A DNA stretch of 64,000 nucleotides from an uncultured virus (IMG/VR IMGVR_UViG_3300006916_000047) (IMGVR_UViG_3300006916_000047), one strand, 5' to 3'; positions 30,790 to 40,228 are shown, counted from the first letter of the stretch. Notes: generated from the sequence alone by a model not told the origin. Numbers and translations are program-made.

Positions 30790-31001
30790 TCAACCACCGC
30801 CATAACCATTTCATAGGGTACGAATTTGTAGCCATCATATTCTTGAATTGTTTTTGCCATAGAGAAAATAATAGTTTTCCCAACGAGGTTTTCATCACAA
30901 GCACAGGACAATACTTTGCCCAGATTGTTCTCTTTCATGGTGATAATACCATGACTTTGAACTTCTTGCTCAACAATCACAAAATTATTCATGGCCTTCA
31001 T
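30786..31001 (-). CDS. groES: Co-chaperonin (GroES-like, short)
   Basis: MKAMNNFVIVE...GII...GKVLS...VGKTIIF...VMAVVE; immediately upstream of groEL. Confidence 0.7.
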   Translation of the reverse strand: MKAMNNFVIVEQEVQSHGIITMKENNLGKVLSCACDENLVGKTIIFSMAKTIQEYDGYKFVPYEMVMAVVE

Positions 31002-31315
31002 TCTTCTTCCTCCGAAGGAAGTGCAATCCATCCACGGCGAGTATTTGAAATCCAAGTATAAACATGAGTCTTGTAAAACTCTTTCAATTTCTTATCTCTT
31101 TCAGTCTTCTTTGACTTAGCCCATTGAATGCCCTTTTCTGTTTTTTGTTCATTCTTATCATTCGGGTGGTTCTTCATGTGGCGTTCCTTTCTTTCCGTCA
31201 TAGGCATAGACTCATAGTAATGATTAGGCCTATCAGGGTATTTTGCCGCAGTATCTAATCCACTTTTAATGGACTTGTATGTTTGTTTTGACGATGTAAA
31301 TTCTTTCTTCTTCAT
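30998..31315 (-). CDS. Basic hypothetical protein
   Basis: ORF within operon. Confidence 0.5.
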   Translation of the reverse strand: MKKKEFTSSKQTYKSIKSGLDTAAKYPDRPNHYYESMPMTERKERHMKNHPNDKNEQKTEKGIQWAKSKKTERDKKLKEFYKTHVYTWISNTRRGWIALPSEEEE

Positions 31316-31893
31316 TCTTCTTCACCTCTTGGTCTTTGTTGTGTTTGTTCCGGTTCTCCATTCTCATAGATTTCCAGTTCGTTTTTATTGTGCTTGCTCC
31401 AAAAGCCATAGTGTCCTTTCGTGGACATAAAACTCCCAAGAACATATGCACAATTCATATGTTCTTCCCAAATGTTGATTGTTCTCCAATCCGTTCCGCT
31501 AAAATATGCGGCTCCAAATGGGTGAGTGTGAATCCAGCACTTGATAGGTAATTTCATTCCAATAAGTGTGGATGGGTCAATAGTCAAGTAATCAACATAT
31601 CCTGCTGTTCCCGTAGAAACATAGATGTTATTCTTTGAATCAATAACCGCTTGGACTTCCAAGTGAGGAAGTATGTTTGATGAAGCATACCAAATAGCAT
31701 CATGTAAAGCCAACGAATGTTCAGCATCTTGAACAACAGTAAAGTCTTCCCAACCCACTGTTGATGTTGCTTCCATCAAACATTTATTCCATGTTTCTTC
31801 AACATGACGACACGCTTCAATTCTTGCTTCTTCCAATTCCTTTCTTTTTTGCACGATTATTTTTGCTCTTTCTTCATTATTCATTTGTTTCAC
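31312..31893 (-). CDS. JAB/MPN+ (JAMM) metallopeptidase
   Basis: LEVQ...WIHTHPFGAAYFSGTD matches E...HxH-x7-S-x2-D. Confidence 0.85.
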   Translation of the reverse strand: MKQMNNEERAKIIVQKRKELEEARIEACRHVEETWNKCLMEATSTVGWEDFTVVQDAEHSLALHDAIWYASSNILPHLEVQAVIDSKNNIYVSTGTAGYVDYLTIDPSTLIGMKLPIKCWIHTHPFGAAYFSGTDWRTINIWEEHMNCAYVLGSFMSTKGHYGFWSKHNKNELEIYENGEPEQTQQRPRGEEE

Positions 31894-32371
31894 CTCTTAG
31901 GCGCATCAACTTATCGTTGAGTTTGTTCATTTTAGCGATTATACGCTTCTCCTTACGGCTTGAAGGAATCTTGGGTATGTAAGGTTCCTTTCGTTCTCGG
32001 ACGGTCATAGCGGCCTTCCTAACAAGTTCTATGTGGGTCAGTTCTGTGCTGTCAATCAGTTGCTCAAGACGACCAGCACATTCAGCATAACTACAATTAA
32101 ACCATTGTCGCACTTCATCAATACTCATGTCATAGAAATTAACCAGCAAGAATAAATCTTTCTTCGCATCCCAATCCGATGAAGTTTGAGTTTCTTCAAC
32201 AATAACTTTAGTTTGTTGTAGTTTCTTCCATTTCATTTTTGTTGCGTGTGCTGAACGCTTATTTCCAGAAACGGATTCAACCGCATAAGCGACTGATTCA
32301 AATTCAGTCGCATTGGTAATCTTCAACAATAATTCCTCTTCTTCCTTTGTCCATTTTATTCCTCGGCTCAT
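31877..32371 (-). CDS. Myb/SANT-like HTH protein
   Basis: KWTKEEEELL...RSAHATKMKW and a second repeat starting WDAKKDLFL. Confidence 0.55.
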   Translation of the reverse strand: MSRGIKWTKEEEELLLKITNATEFESVAYAVESVSGNKRSAHATKMKWKKLQQTKVIVEETQTSSDWDAKKDLFLLVNFYDMSIDEVRQWFNCSYAECAGRLEQLIDSTELTHIELVRKAAMTVRERKEPYIPKIPSSRKEKRIIAKMNKLNDKLMRLRGETNE

Positions 32372-32925
32372 ACATTCACCACCATATATTCTCTAACTTC
32401 TTCGCCGTTAAACCAGCGTTGAATCCATTGTGCGCCCAATCCTGCAATTGCGACTTGCATGTAATGAACGCCTTTATTTGTTCCATCCCATGAATCTCCT
32501 TGACAACTAAAAGAACCTTCTTCTCCGGCTAAAAGCATATCATACATCTTCGGGTCTGCTTTATGACTCACAAGTGCGGCGTTCCTACCTTGCGCCCGTA
32601 AGTCAAGCCACTTAACATTTGTGTTGTAAAGGGTTCGTCGCAACCCGATGTTATCAACACAACAAATAACCAAATCAAATCCTTTCATTTGTGATTCTGC
32701 AAGAATAGGATAGGGACTCATATGAACAACAGACCCATACTCGTCTCTCATCACGCTTGCTTTGTTTTGCCCAATGTGTCCTTTCTTGAAATTTTGGTAT
32801 GACATATTCTTTTTCTCTACCTTATCTGGGTCGGAAACTGAAATGTTATACAACCCTGCTCTGTGTAGAATAGGAATTAGAAAACTTCCAATTCCACCTG
32901 CTCCAATTACTAATACCTTTCTCAT
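32368..32925 (-). CDS. ThiF/MoeB/E1-like Ubl-activating enzyme
   Basis: VIGAGGIGS, DPDKVEKKNMSYQNF, GQNKA, CCVDN; candidate catalytic Cys in FSCQG. Confidence 0.88.
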   Translation of the reverse strand: MRKVLVIGAGGIGSFLIPILHRAGLYNISVSDPDKVEKKNMSYQNFKKGHIGQNKASVMRDEYGSVVHMSPYPILAESQMKGFDLVICCVDNIGLRRTLYNTNVKWLDLRAQGRNAALVSHKADPKMYDMLLAGEEGSFSCQGDSWDGTNKGVHYMQVAIAGLGAQWIQRWFNGEEVREYMVVNV

Positions 32926-33104
32926 TATTCCCATCCTCCATTTTCTATTGTGTATTTTATTGTTTCTAAATCCCAAATCTTTTGACATTCAAGACATTCT
33001 GCTGTTTTATCTGTTGGTTTCCATTGAACCACCGTTGGATGGTCGCCAAAATGAACATCAGCGCAAAGGCAACTAAAGCCCAAAATTAATTTATCTTCTC
33101 TCAT
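32925..33104 (-). CDS. Small Cys-rich protein (59 aa)
   Basis: MREDKLILGFSCLC...ECLECQKIW...; GGAGG upstream; stop overlaps the E1 start. Confidence 0.55.
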   Translation of the reverse strand: MREDKLILGFSCLCADVHFGDHPTVVQWKPTDKTAECLECQKIWDLETIKYTIENGGWE

Positions 33105-33116
33105 ATTTATTCCTCC

Positions 33117-33449
33117 TTAAAACGATTTGCCATGCATAAATTCACGGCTTTTATTGTATTCAATCTTAGCGAGAATCGCACCCGCTACATCTAAGTCCAT
33201 ACCAAAAGCATAGTCCATAATCCGAATTATCACATCTGCAAATTCTTCTTCAACACTACTAAACTCCATGATTTTATTTGATGACGGATTTCCATCACGC
33301 ATGGCTTCCAATGCTTCGGATAATTCCGAATGCATAAGAGCAACTGCTTCTCCATCATTTCTATCTACTTGCCAAAAGCCATGATTCACGGCATTGGTGT
33401 AAATTGTTTTTGCTAATTTATTCCATTCTTTTTCAAACATCTGTTTCAC
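33117..33449 (-). CDS. MazG-like NTP pyrophosphohydrolase
   Basis: LMHSELSEALEA, EEFADVIIR, KIEYNKSR. Confidence 0.85.
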   Translation of the reverse strand: MKQMFEKEWNKLAKTIYTNAVNHGFWQVDRNDGEAVALMHSELSEALEAMRDGNPSSNKIMEFSSVEEEFADVIIRIMDYAFGMDLDVAGAILAKIEYNKSREFMHGKSF

Positions 33450-34299
33450 CTATTTTGTTTATATCTTTGCCTCTTAATTGTTTTACCGACTCTTTCCCAA
33501 TCAAGGCTAAAAGGGATTTTGTCTGTTGATATATATTCTTTTCATCAAAAGAACATAACTTGCTAATTTCTTTACGGCTCGGTAGTTTTCTCTCAAAAAT
33601 ATTTGAGGTTATCCAACAAATCGCCGCATAGTAGCATTTGCCTTTTGTGAAATTACTATTGCTCACAATATTCTCAAATCGGGCAAGGACTTCCAAACAT
33701 TGTTGGAGATAAATTCTATCCTTTGTTATCTGCAACACATGGTATTCTAGTTGATATGCAGGATTAACTTCGGTATAATTGATTTGATTACGATAAAGAG
33801 AGTTGAGTCTCCTAATTATCTTACGCACATTTTTTGGCTTGACTTCAAATTCTACCATAATTTTCTTAAGAGGTAGGGGCGTACCTCGCTCTTTCAAAGC
33901 ATAGAAAACAACGGCAGTGGCTCTATCTTCAAAAGGAGTTTTACCGAACACTCCTTTTCTGTATGCCTCCATGTAAATTTTCTCAACTCTTTCTTTCAAA
34001 GACGGAGAAGGGGAAAAGTTCGCCAAAACCATATTGCAGTGTAGTAGAGCCTGTTGGATGTTTGTGGGTACAACGCTTCTTTTAAGGCGGTTAAACTTGT
34101 AAGACCCTTCTCCGGTGATAATGGAACCCAAATATCCCTTATCGGGAGAGCGAGCCACCTCACCTTTACTGTCCAAAATGTGAACAGTTTCTTCAAACAT
34201 CTCAGTTATGAGAACAAGACCGCATGAATCACACACACGCTCTCCCATCTCTTCATCAAAACTACTATCCGTACTACCGCATTCTTCGCATTTGTTCAT
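33433..34299 (-). CDS. tfb: Transcription initiation factor IIB (TFB) homolog
   Basis: Zn ribbon CEECGS...GERVCDSCGLV followed by two cyclin-like repeats. Confidence 0.85.
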   Translation of the reverse strand: MNKCEECGSTDSSFDEEMGERVCDSCGLVLITEMFEETVHILDSKGEVARSPDKGYLGSIITGEGSYKFNRLKRSVVPTNIQQALLHCNMVLANFSPSPSLKERVEKIYMEAYRKGVFGKTPFEDRATAVVFYALKERGTPLPLKKIMVEFEVKPKNVRKIIRRLNSLYRNQINYTEVNPAYQLEYHVLQITKDRIYLQQCLEVLARFENIVSNSNFTKGKCYYAAICWITSNIFERKLPSRKEISKLCSFDEKNIYQQTKSLLALIGKESVKQLRGKDINKIGETDV

Positions 34300-35440
34300 T
34301 TATATCCGCCCTATTTTCATTTGGTTCTCCTGTGATGTAAGAATTAATCGTACTCACAATCTTAATTGTAAAATTATCATTGAGTAATGCCATTGCTCTT
34401 GCGGCAAATTGGTCGCCAACAGATGAATGAACAGTCATATTGTCAATGCAAATTGGCCCATGCCACTTGCTTTTTTCCTCACCTTTTTGCCAAACATAAG
34501 TTGAAACATTTTGAGTTCCACTCGCTTTGTAGTTTTTACAATCAAGTTTCCAATCATAACCTTTACCCCGAACAAAGAGAGTGTTCAAGGTCTTATCGTC
34601 GTTCCAAACAGGGAACAATCTTTCCGGTTGTTTTTCCACCATGTCTGTAATGAGTTGAAAGGCTCTCCTTTCCACAAGGTCTTGCTTTCTGTTTTGTTGT
34701 AGAAAGGCAATCATTAATTTTAATTCAGCCGAAGTGGGTTCTCGCTTTACAAGTTTGGTAAAGAGATTTTTGGGGGAAGTAAAAGGCCAAGAACCTCTTT
34801 TCTTACCATGAACATAAAAATTACAATAACGGTCTAATTCTTTAAAAGATATTTCTCCCCAAACACCATCACTTACTTCTACTGCACAAGTGCTAGTTCC
34901 GGTTCGTTGAACATTTATTCTCACATCATGTTTTTCATAATCTTCGTAAAAAAAGAAAGGAAGACGATTCTCAAGAACATACGATACATTCTCAGGTATT
35001 TGTAAATTATTCCAAAGGACTTTATTCAGTTCTGTTGCCGAATCGGTGAAACAACTTCTGTAAATAACTCTAGCCAGCACATCTGACATGTTCTCAAGAG
35101 AAAGATAAATACCATTTACATGATGTCGCCCCGAATTTTTCTGTATAAATACAGAAAGTTCTTTTATTTGTAATACACCTGTGTAGTTTGCTGGTATGTT
35201 TCTTCTGCCATAATAAGTGCGCCTAGATTTTTGAAAAATGCCCTTGATGAAGTCCTTAATTCCATCGTGAATTGGATTTACCGAGCGACTCCCACCCCTA
35301 CTTACTCTTCGGTGTACGGGTTTTTCTCCGAAAAGCCTTTCATCATTGGTATGATAAAATGCTTCGGAAGAGATAGTTGTTGTGTAGGTTCCGCCGGAAT
35401 CATCGGGTCTATTTATTTCTAATCTGTAAGTTGGTATCAT
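34274..35440 (-). CDS. Hypothetical protein with possible C-terminal E2(UBC)-like motif
   Basis: QNVSTY...HGPICIDNM resembles UBC HPNV...GxICLDxL; lies between E1 and Ubl genes. Confidence 0.35.
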   Translation of the reverse strand: MIPTYRLEINRPDDSGGTYTTTISSEAFYHTNDERLFGEKPVHRRVSRGGSRSVNPIHDGIKDFIKGIFQKSRRTYYGRRNIPANYTGVLQIKELSVFIQKNSGRHHVNGIYLSLENMSDVLARVIYRSCFTDSATELNKVLWNNLQIPENVSYVLENRLPFFFYEDYEKHDVRINVQRTGTSTCAVEVSDGVWGEISFKELDRYCNFYVHGKKRGSWPFTSPKNLFTKLVKREPTSAELKLMIAFLQQNRKQDLVERRAFQLITDMVEKQPERLFPVWNDDKTLNTLFVRGKGYDWKLDCKNYKASGTQNVSTYVWQKGEEKSKWHGPICIDNMTVHSSVGDQFAARAMALLNDNFTIKIVSTINSYITGEPNENRADINEQMRRMR

Positions 35441-35586
35441 TGCATCACATCATATATATTTTGGTATTGTCTTTGTTGCATTTATCATGCATTTCATTTT
35501 TAATTTCGTCTGGTGAGTATAGTTTATTGCCGCATACTCGGCACATCGTGGCAACTCTATTGCCTTTTCTGTTATTTAGAATGTAT

Positions 35587-35934
35587 TCAGGATTCTTTTC
35601 TTTCATAATTAATACCCAACCTTTTTTGGATTACTTGTCTATCTTGACAAATTAAGCATGGTTCTCCTGAACAGTTTTTGGAATGGTAAGCGAACACTTC
35701 CTCGTATTCTTGAATATGTCTTTGTAAGTATTTAGCAAAGCCTTCATCTATGGCTTTAGGAATAGACCATAAACAATCATATATCGTATGAGTTAATGAA
35801 AAAGAATTAAAATAATGGTCATCATGTTTTGCTAATTTGGCCCAACGCTCTATTCTTTTAAATTCTTTTGGAGGAAGGTCGTTGAAAAGTTTAGTGCAAG
35901 AAGATAAAAGAAGTTCCACTTCCAACTTTAACAC
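35587..35934 (-). CDS. Hypothetical protein
   Basis: ORF within operon; C-terminal HSKNC...CLIC. Confidence 0.5.
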   Translation of the reverse strand: MLKLEVELLLSSCTKLFNDLPPKEFKRIERWAKLAKHDDHYFNSFSLTHTIYDCLWSIPKAIDEGFAKYLQRHIQEYEEVFAYHSKNCSGEPCLICQDRQVIQKRLGINYERKES

Positions 35935-36308
35935 CTGTATTTCTTTCGCATAGGTATTTTTTGTAGGGTATCAAAGAAGTAAAGAGACTCTTTACCATCT
36001 TTTGTTAAAACCCATTCTTTTTCTGCTAAGAAAGTCCAGTTGTTAAAATCATTGAGAGCGTATTTCCATTTGCCAAGTAGTTCTTGCACAGAATTAAATT
36101 CTTGGTCTTTGTATTGGATAACTGTATAACCTTTCGCCCAAATATATCCACGCTTTGCTAAAGCAATAACATGGTTATTGGGATAAAAGTCTGGTTTGAA
36201 TACTGCTACATCCTCATGAATGTAGGGATTCATTAATTTCCAACCCAACACATCAAGTTGGATTTGGAGGGCTTTGGGCGATATAAAAAACTTGTAATCG
36301 GTTTGCAT
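35928..36308 (-). CDS. Hypothetical protein
   Basis: Likely start MQTDYKFF. Confidence 0.5.
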   Translation of the reverse strand: MQTDYKFFISPKALQIQLDVLGWKLMNPYIHEDVAVFKPDFYPNNHVIALAKRGYIWAKGYTVIQYKDQEFNSVQELLGKWKYALNDFNNWTFLAEKEWVLTKDGKESLYFFDTLQKIPMRKKYRC

Positions 36309-36319
36309 CACCCAAAAAT

Positions 36320-36357
36320 GGGGATGCCTCCATGTGGTCGGACATGGCGACACCCCC
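36320..36357 (-). terminator. Long GC-rich hairpin downstream of the Ubl gene
   Basis: - strand GGGGGTGTC-G-CCATGT-CCGACC-ACATGG-A-GGCATCCCC followed by ATTTTT. Confidence 0.45.
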
Positions 36358-36386
36358 AAGGGTAATAGGAAACATCGTTAGGAGGT

Positions 36387-36596
36387 TCAGTATTGGCCTC
36401 CAACGATGGCGGGGGTTAAGTCCACAGACTGAACCGTTTCCCAGTTGATTTGTTCAATTCCTTCACGGGCAACCATTTCACCGTCAATGAACACCCAATG
36501 CGTTGGGTGGTCGTAGATTTGGTCAATCACTTCGGTTGCCGCAAGGCTAAGTTCCGTATGTCCTGTTTCGTTCAAAATTCGTAGTGTAATCATCAT
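36387..36596 (-). CDS. Ubiquitin-like beta-grasp protein (ThiS/MoaD/SAMP-like) precursor ending GG-QY
   Basis: About 69 aa; VFIDGE...VDLTPAIVGG is the typical C-terminal signature, followed by two extra residues. Confidence 0.75.
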   Translation of the reverse strand: MMITLRILNETGHTELSLAATEVIDQIYDHPTHWVFIDGEMVAREGIEQINWETVQSVDLTPAIVGGQY

Positions 36597-36628
36597 TCTC
36601 ACTTCCTGTATTTTCCTATGTTTTGTCT

Positions 36629-36645
36629 CCTATTTAAAGCACCCT
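36629..36645 (-). promoter_or_regulatory. Archaeal TATA-box promoter with AGGGTGC upstream element
   Basis: - strand AGGGTGC-TTTAAATA-GG about 35 nt upstream of the Ubl start; near-identical copy at 43636-43652. Confidence 0.55.
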
Positions 36646-36752
36646 ATACTTCGGGGTCGTCGCCGTCTGCCAAAAGCCCGACCAAGACTATGCCTGCGAC
36701 TGGTACTGTAATTGCTACTGTTGCGTAGATAATATCTTTTAAAAATCCCATT

Positions 36753-38006
36753 TTATTCACCTTTTAGTTCTCCAATTTTTCTGCTTGCGAATTGTTTAGA
36801 AGGTATTCTACCTTCCCAACCTAAGTCTCGCAAATACTTGACCTGTTTATTAGTTGGAGGGTTTTCCAACATGATTTCCTTCAATGAGTTTATTTGAGCA
36901 TTGCTCAGTTCCTTTCTTGCAGAGAGTTTTAATTTCACGCTTTTTAGAAACTTGGCTTCCCAAGCGTTTCCAGCAAAAGATTCATCAAATTCGGGAATGC
37001 CATAAAAGCCACACATATTTTTGAACGATTCGTTCGGGGCCAATGCAAGTTCTAGTGCGGCAACTCTAAGTTCCTCTGCTTCTCGTTGTTGTCGGACTCT
37101 TGCTCGCCTAGCCTGTTCGTCTCTTGCTTTACGCGCTCTTTCGGGTGCGCCCTTTTCCCATTCAATTTGCTGTAATCGTCGGAATTCTACCGCCTCTGCA
37201 TGTCTTCGCTCACGGTCAATTCTTTCCGCTTCCCTTCGGGCTTGTCTGCGGATTCTTTCTTCTTCAAGAGCAACTAGACGCTGTTTTCTTTCCTCTTTCC
37301 ATTCTTCAAATGCAGGTCGCATTTGCACCGATTGAGCAAAGAACAGAGATAAGTCCATCATCAATTTTTCGTTAGGAAAACCACGGGTTTTGATTTGTGC
37401 CTTTGGATTATCGGGGTGATTCCACCGCCAAACAATAGAAGCCATATCATAATCAAGACCAAAGGTTCCTTTACCTTTCTTTCGCAAGACTCTTATTGGT
37501 TCGTAGCGATTATATTTTGAACTATATACTTGATTTTTGATATAAACATTGTGCCAAACATCAATTTCTTTTACAGCATCAAACATCGTTGTGAATGCCG
37601 AACCGTTTTCTTCCCACCATGCTTCTGCTTTCATTGAACCTACTCGTTCCTTGAGCCAAATCTCAACCTGTTCATCCGAAACTTCGGCAAGGTTGATTTG
37701 TTTCTCCTCTGCAATTTGCCGCATAATGAGGTATGAATTGATATGGTCGCTTCCAACAATTTCTTCAACTCCATTCTCAGTATTTTGAATACGGAAATGA
37801 TAGACGATTGGATGCCCACAAAGACAATAGTTCGCATGAGAGGAATTGCTAACCCAATCAGGCATATCGGCGGAACCTGCCCACCAAACATCTCCGGTAG
37901 CAATCCATTCCTCTTTTGCCTCTTCGTAGTTATCAGCAACGGATAGTTCCGTCATCTTTCTAATGAGAATTTTATCCCATCGTCCGTTTCCTAGTTCTCT
38001 TCGCAT
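36753..38006 (-). CDS. Hypothetical protein (CxCG Zn-binding motif, coiled coil)
   Basis: CLCGHPI...N..NG...VGSDHI, R/E-rich coiled coil, C-terminal PTNKQVKYLRDLG. Confidence 0.6.
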   Translation of the reverse strand: MRRELGNGRWDKILIRKMTELSVADNYEEAKEEWIATGDVWWAGSADMPDWVSNSSHANYCLCGHPIVYHFRIQNTENGVEEIVGSDHINSYLIMRQIAEEKQINLAEVSDEQVEIWLKERVGSMKAEAWWEENGSAFTTMFDAVKEIDVWHNVYIKNQVYSSKYNRYEPIRVLRKKGKGTFGLDYDMASIVWRWNHPDNPKAQIKTRGFPNEKLMMDLSLFFAQSVQMRPAFEEWKEERKQRLVALEEERIRRQARREAERIDRERRHAEAVEFRRLQQIEWEKGAPERARKARDEQARRARVRQQREAEELRVAALELALAPNESFKNMCGFYGIPEFDESFAGNAWEAKFLKSVKLKLSARKELSNAQINSLKEIMLENPPTNKQVKYLRDLGWEGRIPSKQFASRKIGELKGE

Positions 38007-38374
38007 TCATCTTCAACTCCAAAGTGTCTTACATATTTATTATTTACTTCAATTATTTGCTTTTGAAGTTTGTTCAATTGTTTATTTGTTTCTGCTTTGA
38101 TTGCAGAAGAAAGCGTTTTTTGGATATAAGTCCCTACTTGGACATTGACCATACTTTCAATGATGACCTCAAGCATTTCGTTCTTCTTCTCAAGTTTTTC
38201 AATGCGTCGTTCAAGGCGCATTGTTTCAGTCTGTGATTTACGATTTGCATGAGCCACGCTTTTTTGTGCCTTTTTTGCATAATGACATTCATCGCACTTT
38301 CTAAAATTAGAATGCGCTTCTCTTTTTAGGCTCTTAGTCTTGTAATCTTTACCACAAACTTCACATTGCATCAT
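37991..38374 (-). CDS. Zn-finger plus coiled-coil protein
   Basis: CEVCG...CDEC. Confidence 0.55.
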   Translation of the reverse strand: MMQCEVCGKDYKTKSLKREAHSNFRKCDECHYAKKAQKSVAHANRKSQTETMRLERRIEKLEKKNEMLEVIIESMVNVQVGTYIQKTLSSAIKAETNKQLNKLQKQIIEVNNKYVRHFGVEDECEEN

Positions 38375-38625
38375 TGTAAAAACTCCCTATCTTCTTTGAT
38401 AAAATTAAACTGTTCTACAAGATAACTCTGCAAAATAGTGTCCATCTTTTCTTGAAGAGCCTCAATAATCCCCGCAATTGTTCTACGGTTCACACTAATC
38501 CAAAGTTTGTGATATGTGTTAATCACAACTTTAGGCTCATCATCTTCATTATAACTAATGACGATTGGTGGCATTTCTTCACTGTTAATCAGTCTAAATT
38601 CTACTTTTGTTTTTTCTGGTATCAT
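38371..38625 (-). CDS. Hypothetical protein
   Basis: ORF with AGGAG upstream. Confidence 0.55.
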   Translation of the reverse strand: MIPEKTKVEFRLINSEEMPPIVISYNEDDEPKVVINTYHKLWISVNRRTIAGIIEALQEKMDTILQSYLVEQFNFIKEDREFLQ

Positions 38626-38651
38626 TTTTATTTCTCCTTTTGTTTTGGAAT

Positions 38652-38728
38652 TGGCGGGCGATACAGGATTTGAACCCGTGTTTTCGGCTTAGAAGGCCGA
38701 AGTGATATCCAAACTACACTAATCACCC
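38652..38728 (-). tRNA. tRNA-Arg(UCU), CCA encoded
   Basis: GGGTGAT/ATCGCCC acceptor stem, TCGGC-CTTCTAA-GCCGA anticodon arm, ACGGG-TTCAAAT-CCTGT T arm, 3' GCCA. Confidence 0.92.
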
Positions 38729-38738
38729 ATTGTTCTAA

Positions 38739-39050
38739 TCAGTCAATATAAGCACTACAAAGTGCCAAGGCATTGGCTAATTCTTTTGATTTTATCATGT
38801 TCTCTATCCTATTTAAGTCGCCCTCTCGCTCACGATAGACCTTCTTCACAACGAAGGAAGAAAGCAATTGAGCCAACTTTTCGGGGCTTGCACCCCGTAG
38901 CAGACGGGATAGATTCTCTGCTACATTGTCTTGATAATTGAGTTCCGACAGACAATCCCAACACTCCACGGAAAGCGGAGCATCGGCATGATGGTCAAAT
39001 ACGGTATAACTAAGTCTTCCATTGCATTTTTCACAGTCCATTATTTTCAC
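38739..39050 (-). CDS. Zn-binding hypothetical protein
   Basis: CEKCNG...CWDC. Confidence 0.5.
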   Translation of the reverse strand: MKIMDCEKCNGRLSYTVFDHHADAPLSVECWDCLSELNYQDNVAENLSRLLRGASPEKLAQLLSSFVVKKVYREREGDLNRIENMIKSKELANALALCSAYID

Positions 39051-39260
39051 CTGCCTTTGCAGTTAATTCCGTTAGGCAACGGAAGCAATAGTGTTTTTTG
39101 TGTCCTATCACCACATTACAAGCAATACATCTTTTTTGCATTCACTCACCCATATATTCTTGGTGATAGTATTCGTATCCACATTTTGGACAGTGGCACT
39201 TGTGTAGGCCAATTTCAACTGTTGCGGCTAGAACTATTGCATTACATTTTGAGCATTCAA

Positions 39261-39899
39261 TCATATTTTCATCTCCTTCAAAGGCATTTTTGGTTTTCGT
39301 GCATTGTAATCTCGCACATATTCATTGTATTTGATAGCGTATTGGTTTGCAGGAAACCATGCAGGTCGGCGGTTGTTTCGCCATTCGGCAAACTTCCACT
39401 TGCCTTCAAGATAATAGTGGCGGTAGGACTGAATGACATATTCCCATTCAGTCAAGAAGGTGTTGGGTATTCTGTATTCATCAAACATCGCAATGAAGAC
39501 GGGAATGGCCTTGCTTGTATCTCCTTCCGAAAAATATTTGTTGGGGGTGTCAAGGATTCGTTTCTCTGCTCCGTGAACCTTACGGTAGCGTAAAGAATAT
39601 TCTTCACAAAGAGCAACGGCATGAGCATAAAGCCATGCGAAAGTGTCTTGATTTTCCCTCGCCCAAATGGTTGAGGGGTGGTTAAGCATGGCTGGCTTCA
39701 TCAGTTTTGACTGAGAGCAGGCATGAAATTGTTTCAAATCACGCAAGGAAGGCTTCGTTCCATACTTCTCAAGATACTGAAAGTAAAGTGTGTTTGTGTG
39801 CAACATTTGACAACTTTCTGTTGGCATTTTGACCACATGTTTGTCCAGCATTTGTTGTGCTGATTCAATCGGGCATTTTGATAGAGCAAAGATATTCAT
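39261..39899 (-). CDS. Pyrimidine-dimer DNA glycosylase-like protein (DenV/Pyr_excise-related)
   Basis: MNIFAL...DKHVVKMPTESCQML, NHPSTIWAR, EYSLRY..H, YRHYY. Confidence 0.75.
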   Translation of the reverse strand: MNIFALSKCPIESAQQMLDKHVVKMPTESCQMLHTNTLYFQYLEKYGTKPSLRDLKQFHACSQSKLMKPAMLNHPSTIWARENQDTFAWLYAHAVALCEEYSLRYRKVHGAEKRILDTPNKYFSEGDTSKAIPVFIAMFDEYRIPNTFLTEWEYVIQSYRHYYLEGKWKFAEWRNNRRPAWFPANQYAIKYNEYVRDYNARKPKMPLKEMKI

Positions 39900-40129
39900 T
39901 CTTCCACCTCATCATAGATTGCTTTCTGCATCCAATACTGGTGCCACATCATCGCAGGAATCATGGTACTCCAATTAGAAGCACTTGGGTTTTCCAAATA
40001 GTTTTCAAAGGCTTGTTCTAAATAGTTGCGGCATTGTAGCCGGTAAATATTCACCGATTCCTTGTCCATGGGTTCGTGAGTCGCACCAAAAGAAGCGACT
40101 TGTGTTTTTCTTATTTCATTCGTATTCAT
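39896..40129 (-). CDS. Hypothetical protein
   Basis: Likely start MNTNEIRK after GGTGA. Confidence 0.5.
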   Translation of the reverse strand: MNTNEIRKTQVASFGATHEPMDKESVNIYRLQCRNYLEQAFENYLENPSASNWSTMIPAMMWHQYWMQKAIYDEVEE

Positions 40130-40228
40130 TTTATCACCATTCTCTTTACGGATAGTTGGTATGCTTTCCAAGAGGGCATACCGAGTCCTCTCAATTCTTT
40201 GTAGATTTCTCTTCTACGCATTTCGTGT

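Noticed and set aside
31312..36596. Thiamine, molybdopterin or tRNA-thiolation sulfur relay
   Set aside because: No ThiG, MoaE, rhodanese, cysteine desulfurase or thiouridylase in the window; use of host enzymes cannot be excluded.
38652..38728. Amber suppressor tRNA (CTA is visible in the loop)
   Set aside because: Stem register TCGGC/GCCGA puts TCT at positions 34-36; the interrupted tail gene has TGA, not TAG.
38931..39593. 220-aa + strand ORF and the many other antisense ORFs in the track
   Set aside because: They overlap well-supported genes on the opposite strand and lack motifs or RBS; treated as shadow ORFs.
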